Source: a virus
Taxonomy: Duplodnaviria; Caudoviricetes
DNA: 25,893 nt
Virus record (IMG/VR): IMGVR_UViG_3300014168_000015
Span: 1-25,893 of that record
Strand: one strand, 5' to 3'
This document shows, piece by piece, positions 19,060-25,893 of this stretch; positions within the stretch are counted from its first letter, which is position 1; each line of letters opens with the position of its first letter. The notes beneath the pieces were generated by a model. It was given only the letters and a program-made list of their open reading frames with translations. It had not been told where the DNA came from and made no database searches. Both the position numbers and the translations under genes were made by a program.

Positions 19060-19595
19060 TCCTCCTGATCCGTGCGGCCTTGTTTGGCCCTATTCATAAA
19101 GTTTTCTTCAATTTTCATGGCCCCCGCATAACCAGTTCCGGCCACGATTTTTTGGGCCAACGCCTTTTCATCTTCAACAGCCTGTCGGCCAAACTTCTGC
19201 GTTAAGAGTTCTTCCACTTCATCCATTTTCTCATCAGTCTCATTTTCTTCCTCTGCTAGCCCTTGACGATAATCCGCAGCATCCGGGGCCTTCCACCATG
19301 GAAGGACTTCAAACATTCGGTGAGGGTCCAGACTTCCTTTGTAGAATTTGTATACGGTCTCCAGAGCCCCCCGAGGGATTGAAGTCAAAACTTTCAGGGA
19401 CTCTTCGGGAGTTACATCTTTTCCAGATATATTATGAAGTGCGTGAGCGGTGATGGCCAAACGATCAGCCATCTTGTATTTTTCAATCCATTCGCTCACC
19501 ATAGACATATCTCCCCATCTAAGTCTACGGAAATGAAACACATGGTTCAAAACCTTCATTTCAAGGTCATTTTTAACTTCAGGAAGGGGGGTCAT
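19053..19595 (-). CDS. Putative tail assembly chaperone-like protein, first gene of the operon (~180 aa; ATG at 19595)
   Basis: GAGG SD 5 nt upstream of ATG 19595; LEMKVLNHVFHFRRLRWGD motif; acidic helical C-terminus. Confidence 0.45.
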   Translation of the reverse strand: MTPLPEVKNDLEMKVLNHVFHFRRLRWGDMSMVSEWIEKYKMADRLAITAHALHNISGKDVTPEESLKVLTSIPRGALETVYKFYKGSLDPHRMFEVLPWWKAPDAADYRQGLAEEENETDEKMDEVEELLTQKFGRQAVEDEKALAQKIVAGTGYAGAMKIEENFMNRAKQGRTDQEEW

Positions 19596-19813
19596 CAAAG
19601 CCTCTAAAGGGGTGTACAGAAGTCAAACGGGAAAAGTTCCAATTTTATGTGTTTCAGAGGCTCTTGGAATGGTCAAACCCGCATGAATCCTAGATTCTTG
19701 ATTCCACTGACCCTGAAATTCCCTATATAACTCCAATAAAAAGAAGAAGGGAATATATACACATATTATTTATTCTTTTCTTGTAAGGTTCTCTCAAGGA
19801 TGGGGAAGAAGTT
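19596..19813. promoter_or_regulatory. Divergent intergenic control region
   Basis: Non-coding gap between oppositely oriented gene blocks with an AT-rich core (19724-19790). Contains a minus-strand stem pairing 19597-19608 with 19653-19664 and a plus-strand imperfect inverted repeat at 19744-19755/19771-19782. No clean sigma70 -35/-10 pair was found. Confidence 0.55.
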
Positions 19814-21193
19814 TTGCTCACGGAACCTTCAGAAGGAATTGACTTCGAGTATCATCATGAGATGAAGCAGCTTTCCAGGACTACCCTTTTGATCACCCCA
19901 GGCACCCTTCCGGCTCTGCCGGAACCAGCCGGGTACTTTCGCAAGGGCGAGAAGTTCTTCTGGTACCAGTCCCCCGCGAGTGGAATCAAATGCGAAGGTG
20001 ACTGGCTTCATGATCGCCGGAGCGGATTCCAAAGCTGCCAGTCTGGTGGTATTCTTCCTGGCCTTCGCCAGGAGACAGACTACCGGGATGAGAATGGAGT
20101 CGTAGTGTTCCAGGCCCCATTTGATGAGTCGGATTACTCTGAGCAAACCCTGCGGCTTCGCAAGCTGGTCAAACTTCCGCCAGAGGCATCTGACACCTTG
20201 CTTCCTCATTTCAAAGCCTATCAGGTGGTATGGAATCGACTCGTTCATCTGGATCGTTCAGGAACTCTCATAAAAGCTAATACTGGAGACCCCTGTGAGC
20301 GAAAGGTTCGGCGGGATTATGTAAATCGTCGCAGCCAAGCGTCTAATCCGTTGAGGCTGAAGACTTGGAGAAGAGTAAACTCACTCCCCGTCACTGCCGA
20401 AATTCGGGTAGAACTCAAGCGGATGCTTCACTTAGACTGGCGACTCGTCATATCCATGCGTCTTCTTAGGCGAGGGAATACAGTGTGGCTAGCCTACACC
20501 CACAAGGAAGTTCGGGTTCACGAGGTGAATTTGAACCGCCGCAGCATCAACTCCTGCCGGGATCCTAGGTTGTGTGACATGGGTATCTGCTTCAGTCCCA
20601 ATGGGATGGCTGTACAGATTCAAAACCCCACGGAAGATCGACGGGGGAGTTTTATCCCCAAGGAAAAACTTACAAAGCAATACATTAATCAACTTGTAGC
20701 CCAGATGGTGGGAAAGATCAGGGTCGTAGCACTGGATCCGGTTTGCCCCGCTAATTTGTGCAACATTAAGACTTACCTAACACGTAAGCTCAGAACCCTA
20801 CAGGCGGAAGGTGCCATAGAGTTCCGATCACCCAAGCTGGTCTCCTTGGGTGCGAGATACAAGGACTGTCCTCAGCATCACCCGCTCCACCTACACGTGT
20901 GGCAGAGGAGCCTGATCAAGGAATGGTTTGACTACTCGTTAATCTTGGGACTAACTGGAAGGCCCCTGATGGTTCGGGAGGTAAATGGAACTCTGATCGG
21001 AGGAGACAGCCGACAGGTTATAAACCCGCTTACCCGAGCGAACCACGCCATCCAAACTGCTTTGGCTAAGATGGACTTGTGGCATGGAGCCACCTTTCTT
21101 CGTAGTAAAAGCTGGCAAAGAGTGCGATCAGCGTTCTACCGTCAACAATGTAAACTCCAATCAAAAGAAGAAAAACATCATGAGGATATGTAG
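19814..21193 (+). CDS. Degenerate IS607-TnpB/Fanzor-like protein, probably nuclease-inactive (459 aa; true start could be ATG 19862)
   Basis: Colinear motif resemblance by eye: LRLRKLVKLPPEASDTLLPHFKAYQVVWNRLV (TnpB N-terminal strand and helices), MRLLRRGNTVWLAY (WED), SCRDPRLCDMGICFSPNGMAVQI (cf. RuvC-I LDPGVRTF.TGYSPDG), YINQLVAQMVGKIRVVALDP (RuvC-II region), IKTYLTRKL, YKDCPQH (zinc-finger remnant). No DRD.N RuvC-III motif. Confidence 0.5.
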   Translation: MLTEPSEGIDFEYHHEMKQLSRTTLLITPGTLPALPEPAGYFRKGEKFFWYQSPASGIKCEGDWLHDRRSGFQSCQSGGILPGLRQETDYRDENGVVVFQAPFDESDYSEQTLRLRKLVKLPPEASDTLLPHFKAYQVVWNRLVHLDRSGTLIKANTGDPCERKVRRDYVNRRSQASNPLRLKTWRRVNSLPVTAEIRVELKRMLHLDWRLVISMRLLRRGNTVWLAYTHKEVRVHEVNLNRRSINSCRDPRLCDMGICFSPNGMAVQIQNPTEDRRGSFIPKEKLTKQYINQLVAQMVGKIRVVALDPVCPANLCNIKTYLTRKLRTLQAEGAIEFRSPKLVSLGARYKDCPQHHPLHLHVWQRSLIKEWFDYSLILGLTGRPLMVREVNGTLIGGDSRQVINPLTRANHAIQTALAKMDLWHGATFLRSKSWQRVRSAFYRQQCKLQSKEEKHHEDM

Positions 21194-21371
21194 CCTTGTT
21201 CCTCAACCTGAGTGTTACCGCATCCCCCTCCGGGGGTAACACCATACCCCAACTTGGACTTGCCGCCTAGTCTAGCTATGAGAAGGCCGCTCTACACCAC
21301 GCAAGACCCGCAATACCTACCGTAACACTAGAAGAAATACCAAAAATTGGCTCCCAACAGGGGGTAGAGTG
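21181..21371 (+). ncRNA. Candidate structured RNA (omegaRNA-like?) downstream of the TnpB-like gene
   Basis: Several stems in ~190 nt: TGAGGA/TCCTCA (21181-86/21200-05), GTGTTAC/GTAACAC (21212-18/21236-42) with inner CCCC/GGGG, TTGGACT/AGTCTAG (21254-60/21269-75), CGCTCTAC/GTAGAGTG (21288-95/21364-71), CCAA/TTGG (21340-50). Expression is unproven. Confidence 0.3.
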
Positions 21372-21379
21372 AGTATTAT
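21361..21379 (+). promoter_or_regulatory. Putative promoter motif GGGGT-N6-AGTATT overlapping a TATTAT -10-like hexamer
   Basis: The same motif occurs at 22223-22239; TATTAT (21374-79) ends 6 nt before ATG 21386. Confidence 0.4.
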
Positions 21380-21385
21380 CTAGGT

Positions 21386-22189
21386 ATGCCACAAGACTTG
21401 AACCTGATCTGCAACGAAGATATCCGCATCGACAAAGGGATGTTGGAGGACTACAGCTTTTTTCATTTTCAGGAACTTGTTGCATTTCCAAAAATGAACG
21501 ACTTGATCTTCAGAAGTCGGCTCTTTTCTACCGCTTGGCTATCACGCAAAGAGATACTTCAAAAAATTCAAAAATTCTTTTTTGAGGGTAACCGGTTAGG
21601 TCAGTCCCTAAACAAAAAAGAGTTGTCTCTGGAGCGTGATTACCATATCCTGTTTGACCCCAAAGAACAACTTGATTTACTCCTGGCTGAGGAAGCAGAT
21701 TTCCTTCCCCGAAACCAGACTCACAGAGGCCACGAAGACTATGCCCTTTTGGCTGAGTTAGCTAGACTGCAAACCAGGGAAGCTCTTCCCGAAGAAGGGG
21801 AGCAGCTATTCAAGGCCACCAATCTTGCTCTCAGTAGAAAGACGCCAAAAATTTCCTCAATTTGGTTGTCTTGTCAATTGATGAGTGAAAAAGGGCTGTA
21901 TATTGGCCCTCAGTTCTATGCTCCCAATGTCAAATCCGCTGAAGCATTTGCGGGGATTGTGGATGCGGCCTTGGCTCAAGAGACTCCCCTGACTGACAAG
22001 AAAGTAGTGGGGCTATATGCCCTTGGATTCCTGCCCCCTGATCCTACACTCATGACCAAAAAGGCTATTGATGAGGAGTTTCTGTTGGTGGAGAAAATCA
22101 TAACCACTAAACGAGCCCAGATGGCACCGAGCGAAGAGCTTAACGAGCCTAGTTGGAATCCTGAGAATACTACAACCGAAGAACTTTGA
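21386..22189 (+). CDS. Hypothetical protein (267 aa)
   Basis: Long ATG-initiated ORF filling the gap before nrdJ; largely helical with an acidic tail; no recognised motif. Confidence 0.8.
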   Translation: MPQDLNLICNEDIRIDKGMLEDYSFFHFQELVAFPKMNDLIFRSRLFSTAWLSRKEILQKIQKFFFEGNRLGQSLNKKELSLERDYHILFDPKEQLDLLLAEEADFLPRNQTHRGHEDYALLAELARLQTREALPEEGEQLFKATNLALSRKTPKISSIWLSCQLMSEKGLYIGPQFYAPNVKSAEAFAGIVDAALAQETPLTDKKVVGLYALGFLPPDPTLMTKKAIDEEFLLVEKIITTKRAQMAPSEELNEPSWNPENTTTEEL

Positions 22190-22219
22190 TGCAGAGAATG
22201 TTTTTTGCATTTCTACATC

Positions 22220-22239
22220 ACTGGGGTTAACCCAGTATT
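22220..22239 (+). promoter_or_regulatory. Putative nrdJ promoter/operator: GGGGT-N6-AGTATT motif overlapping the inverted repeat ACTGGG-GTTAA-CCCAGT
   Basis: Inverted repeat 22220-22225/22231-22236; motif shared with 21361-21377; AGGAG SD follows at 22248-22252. Confidence 0.4.
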
Positions 22240-22258
22240 TGTAATTTAGGAGCGGTGC

Positions 22259-25200
22259 GTGATCGACAAGATTTTGACCTATCAGGAACTCTATGATGAA
22301 TACCTCACAAGCAAAGGATCAAATGTAAATAGTGCATCTGCCTCACTTAAGAGTGAAGCGAACGCCTATGCCAAATGCTACGAGTGGTATATTGAGAAGA
22401 TGAAGGTTTTACCAGAAAATGCAACTTTGGCTTCTCGTATTTGGGTAGATAAATATGCCCTTCATACTCAAACTGGAGAATGCTGTGAGCAAACTCCTGC
22501 GGAAATGTGGGATCGCATTTCCATAGTTTTGGCAAATGAAGAAATGAAAAGCCCTTCCAACACCAAGGAGTTTTCCTATTGGAAAGATAAGTTTTATGGT
22601 GTGCTGGACGGGTGGAAATACTCCCCACAGGGCTCAGGGCTGTTTGCGTTGGGGAACCCCTACGTGAAGGCCAGCAGTTCAAATTGCTTCACCCTGCCCC
22701 CACCGGAGGACAATCTGGAGTCCATCTTTGATACGGCCAAGAACATGGCTCGAATCTTTGCGTTCCGAGGTGGGGAGGGGCACGATATCAGCAATCTTCG
22801 ACCCCGAGGAGCAGCTACAAATAATGCGGCCCGATCCTCTACGGGTGCGGCCAGCTTCATGGATTTTTACTCGTATGTGACAGGAATGATTGGACAATCA
22901 GGCCGTAGAGGGGCGAACCTTCAGACCATGAGGATCAGTCACCCTGACATTGAGCTTTTCATTGAAGAGAAATCAGATATGAGGAAGCAACCATTCTTTG
23001 AGGAATTGGCTGGGGTAGGAATCAACATCAATGACTACAAATGGGCAGCCATAGCTGATCGCCTCAAGTCAACAAGCCACTCCAATGTGTCGGTTCGGAT
23101 CAACGATAAGTTCATGAAAGCCGTCAAGGAAGATGGGGAATACGAACTTTGGTTTGAGTTCAAAGATAACGCCTATCCTCGAATCTCTAGAATGATTCAA
23201 GCCCGAGTCTTATGGGACAAGTTGATGCATCATGCTTGGAGTTCGGCGGAACCAGGGATCCTCAACTGGGATCACATTATTCGTGAATCACCAGCGGATC
23301 AATACACAAACCTCCCTGAGATAGAGTTCACTGATCCGGCAACCGGAGAAACTAAGTGGGTCAGCTATTCATTTGAAACGGTGGGATTGAACCCATGCCT
23401 TACTGGTGACACCTGGATACTCACAGACGAGGGAGCTAGGCAGATTAAAGATTTGATAGGTGTTCCCCACCTCACCACCCTTGATGGTGAGCGGTTCTCA
23501 GCCACAGGATTTTGGTCCACTGGGGTCAAACCTGTGTTTAAAATCTCAACTAATCGAGGACACTCTGTTAAAGCTACGGCAAACCACAAGTTTCTGACCA
23601 AGCGCGGATGGGTAGAGGTGCAGGATCTTCAACTCAAGGATGAACTCCTCCTAAGTCAAAACAATAACCAGCTTGAGTGGGAGGGGGAGGGAGGCACCTT
23701 TGAAAATGGGTACCTAGTGGGCTCCTTGCTAGGTGATGGACATTATCTTACCTCCAGTAAGTCTGCTATTTTAGGGTTCTGGGGAGACGGAAAGCAGACG
23801 GCACAAAAGGCCATTGATTTTATTAAACTCCTCCCACCCCTATCAGAGAAGCCCCCCATACCTTTTGGATCAAAAATCAATTTAGACCCCGTGGGGGACC
23901 GAATTTACATCAGGTCTGCCCAGCTATTTGACCTCTGTCAAAGGTATCTTGAGTTTCCCACCAAGAAACCCCTAGATAGCGTCGAACGCGCAAGTTCTGA
24001 TTTTACCAGGGGCTTCTTGTCTGGTCTTTTTGATGCTGATGGAACCGTGTTGGTTAGCTTACAGAAGGGTAGTTCTGTTAGACTTAATCAGTCTAATGTC
24101 CCCCTACTCCAGCTTGTCCAGAGGCTCCTAGCTCGTCTAGGTATTAACTCCTCCATATATGAGAATCGACATAAGGCAGAATTTCGTGAGATGCCCCTCA
24201 ATGATGGGACCGGTGCCTCACAGCCTTACTGGTGCAAAGCTAATCATGAGTTGATAATCTCTCGAAGCAGTATCGCTGTGTTTAGTGACCGAGTTGGGTT
24301 TCTTCAAGACAGCAAGGCCGAGAAATTAGCATCAATCCTGTTCTCTCGTAAGCGTAGCCCATATAAAGACTGCATTACCACTAAGGTGATATCTATTGAG
24401 CCTGCTGGAGAGGAAGAGGTATTTGATTGTACGGTTGAAGGCCCTCATGCATTTGATGCTAATGGCCTAGTGTCCCACAATTGTGCTGAAGAAACCTTGA
24501 GTGCATTCGACTCATGTAATCTGGGTCTATTCCTTCTCCCCGCTTTTGTGAAGAATCCGTACACTCCAGAGGCTAGCTTTGATTTTGAGGCTTATGGAGA
24601 AGTCATTGCCATGGGGGTTAGGGCTCAAGATAATATCAAGTCCTGGGATCTGCCAATCCTTCCACTTGAGGGCAACCGCATTGCTGGAGTGCTGGGTCGG
24701 CGTATTTCTGTGGGCAACACGGGATTGGCTGATGCGTTGGCTATGTTGGGACTCCGTTACGACACGGACGAGGCAATTCAGATGGCTGAGTCTATCTATG
24801 ACTTCTTGGCGAATGCTGCCTATCAGACTTCTGCTCGTTTGGCTGAAGAAAAGGGTAGCTTCCAGATTTTTGACTGGGAACGCCACAAGAAAAGTCCTTT
24901 CATTCAGCGTCTGAGTAAAGAAACTCAGAAACTAATCCGAACCAAGGGTCTCCGGAATATTGGTCTTCTGACTCAATCTCCTGCCGGTTCTCTGAGCATC
25001 GAGATGCGGAATTGCACCTCTGGGATTGAACCACTCTTCCTAGCAGCAATGAGCCGCAGCGTAAAGGTTCCAGGATCCGGAGATACGGTGCAGTATATCG
25101 TCTATCACCAGGGTATCCAGGATGCACTGAACATTAATCCTGATTTTGACAAATCTATCTATGTGGAGGCCAACTCCATTGACTATCACAAGCGGATCAA

Positions 25201-25893
25201 GATGCAGGCTGCAATTCAGCGACACATTGATCACAGTATTAGTTCCACTGTCAATCTACCAAATGATGCCACCGTTGAGGATGTGAGTCAGCTTTACATG
25301 GAAGCCTTTGATAGTGGTCTTAAGGGGATCACGGTCTACCGAGATGGGTGCCGAACTGGTGTGTTGAACAGCATCAAAAAGGAAGCGGCAGAGCCAGTAG
25401 TTCGAAGAGAACGGCCCAAGACGACTGATATCAAAATCCACAAGGTCAAGTACCGCAACCTCAATTACATGGTCCTGGTGGGACTGGCAGATGGGAAGCC
25501 GATTGAAGTCTTTGGGGGTCTCGAAGATGGACTCAGCCTTCCTACCAAGTACCAGTCGGCCACTCTGACTAAGAAATCCAGGGGGCACTACAGTCTTGTC
25601 GTTCAGCTTTCAGATGACCCTGAAGATGTATTGAAGGTCAATAATGTTTCGGCCCGATTCCCCGCTGAAGATATCATGACTATCACCCGTCTGATCAGTT
25701 TGAGCATGAGGAATGGAGTTCCGGTCAGTGAAATCACAGATCAGCTTCAGAAGTCAGCCGGAGGAATGTTCGACGCTCCCGCCATTTTTGCCAGAGTGTT
25801 GAAGAACTATCTGGAAGATGAGGATCTGGTTCGAATGGCCGCTTCAAAGACATGCCCTCAGTGTGGTGGGGATATTGAAATCCGCCGCGAATC
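22259..25893 (+). CDS. nrdJ: Class II adenosylcobalamin-dependent ribonucleotide reductase, intein-containing (3' partial)
   Basis: Manual translation from GTG 22259 (AGGAG SD): IWVDKYAL, SNCF (Cys 22685), RGG.GHDISNLRPRG, GRRGA, HPDI, AEPG, NP|CAE...CNLG, SGIEP, SISSTVN, LKGITVYRDGCR (class II type, no class I C-terminal YY), then a C-terminal extra domain and the start of a CPQCGG zinc ribbon (25853). The frame stays open to the window end. Confidence 0.95.
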   Translation, partial: MIDKILTYQELYDEYLTSKGSNVNSASASLKSEANAYAKCYEWYIEKMKVLPENATLASRIWVDKYALHTQTGECCEQTPAEMWDRISIVLANEEMKSPSNTKEFSYWKDKFYGVLDGWKYSPQGSGLFALGNPYVKASSSNCFTLPPPEDNLESIFDTAKNMARIFAFRGGEGHDISNLRPRGAATNNAARSSTGAASFMDFYSYVTGMIGQSGRRGANLQTMRISHPDIELFIEEKSDMRKQPFFEELAGVGININDYKWAAIADRLKSTSHSNVSVRINDKFMKAVKEDGEYELWFEFKDNAYPRISRMIQARVLWDKLMHHAWSSAEPGILNWDHIIRESPADQYTNLPEIEFTDPATGETKWVSYSFETVGLNPCLTGDTWILTDEGARQIKDLIGVPHLTTLDGERFSATGFWSTGVKPVFKISTNRGHSVKATANHKFLTKRGWVEVQDLQLKDELLLSQNNNQLEWEGEGGTFENGYLVGSLLGDGHYLTSSKSAILGFWGDGKQTAQKAIDFIKLLPPLSEKPPIPFGSKINLDPVGDRIYIRSAQLFDLCQRYLEFPTKKPLDSVERASSDFTRGFLSGLFDADGTVLVSLQKGSSVRLNQSNVPLLQLVQRLLARLGINSSIYENRHKAEFREMPLNDGTGASQPYWCKANHELIISRSSIAVFSDRVGFLQDSKAEKLASILFSRKRSPYKDCITTKVISIEPAGEEEVFDCTVEGPHAFDANGLVSHNCAEETLSAFDSCNLGLFLLPAFVKNPYTPEASFDFEAYGEVIAMGVRAQDNIKSWDLPILPLEGNRIAGVLGRRISVGNTGLADALAMLGLRYDTDEAIQMAESIYDFLANAAYQTSARLAEEKGSFQIFDWERHKKSPFIQRLSKETQKLIRTKGLRNIGLLTQSPAGSLSIEMRNCTSGIEPLFLAAMSRSVKVPGSGDTVQYIVYHQGIQDALNINPDFDKSIYVEANSIDYHKRIKMQAAIQRHIDHSISSTVNLPNDATVEDVSQLYMEAFDSGLKGITVYRDGCRTGVLNSIKKEAAEPVVRRERPKTTDIKIHKVKYRNLNYMVLVGLADGKPIEVFGGLEDGLSLPTKYQSATLTKKSRGHYSLVVQLSDDPEDVLKVNNVSARFPAEDIMTITRLISLSMRNGVPVSEITDQLQKSAGGMFDAPAIFARVLKNYLEDEDLVRMAASKTCPQCGGDIEIRRE
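23396..24481 (+). mobile_element. Intein (362 aa) with LAGLIDADG homing endonuclease, inserted just before the thiyl-radical Cys of NrdJ
   Basis: Block A CLTGDTWI, block B ATANHKFLT, LAGLIDADG blocks GYLVGSLLGDG and GFLSGLFDADG, blocks F/G VFDCTVEGPHAFDANGLVSHN followed by +1 Cys (24482-84). Splicing restores GLNP-CAEETL. Confidence 0.96.

Noticed and set aside
230-19099. Numerous 60-170 aa antisense or alternate-frame ORFs within the structural operon
   Set aside because: They overlap long genes with coherent motifs and show no recognisable protein features.
78-19595. Bacterial extracellular contractile injection system or tailocin rather than a phage
   Set aside because: The long tape measure, free-standing homing endonuclease and adjacent intein-bearing nrdJ fit a large phage genome better; no CIS-type ATPase or host genes are seen.
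19596-22258. CRISPR array, tRNA or IS ends/transposase around the TnpB-like gene
   Set aside because: No spaced direct repeats, cloverleaf, serine/Y1 transposase gene or convincing element ends are visible.
22347-25588. Short ORFs listed in the track across the right end
   Set aside because: They are shadow ORFs overlapping the continuous nrdJ/intein frame, which the track missed because it has no stop in the window.
1-25893. Stop-codon reassignment (TAG or TGA recoding as in some large phages)
   Set aside because: Genes are long and tile the window under code 11; TAA, TAG and TGA all occur as terminal stops next to SD/start signals.

Overview
This window comes from a large, probably jumbo-class, tailed dsDNA phage genome in the standard genetic code. 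Bases ~1-19600 form a tightly packed minus-strand tail/baseplate operon. In transcription order it holds three tail-assembly-chaperone-like genes, a tape measure protein with a C-terminal lysozyme-like domain, two paralogous tube-initiator-like genes, a hub-like gene, a gp5-like spike, a large multidomain fibre-like protein and two fibre/adhesin genes. A free-standing GIY-YIG homing endonuclease is wedged between the last two. After a divergent intergenic region the plus strand carries a 459-codon ORF resembling a degenerate, probably nuclease-dead IS607-TnpB/Fanzor-like protein, followed by ~190 nt of structured non-coding DNA and a hypothetical gene. The window ends in a class II (B12-dependent) ribonucleotide reductase nrdJ, absent from the ORF track because it runs off the window, with a 362-aa LAGLIDADG intein at the catalytic NP|C site. 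The best leads are (1) the possibly domesticated TnpB-like protein with a candidate RNA, (2) an exact 21-bp in-frame direct repeat shared by the two fibre genes flanking the endonuclease, (3) a shared GGGGT-N6-AGTATT upstream motif, and (4) an anti-Shine-Dalgarno stem over the first tail gene. All family assignments come from by-eye motif recognition and gene order; no searches were run.
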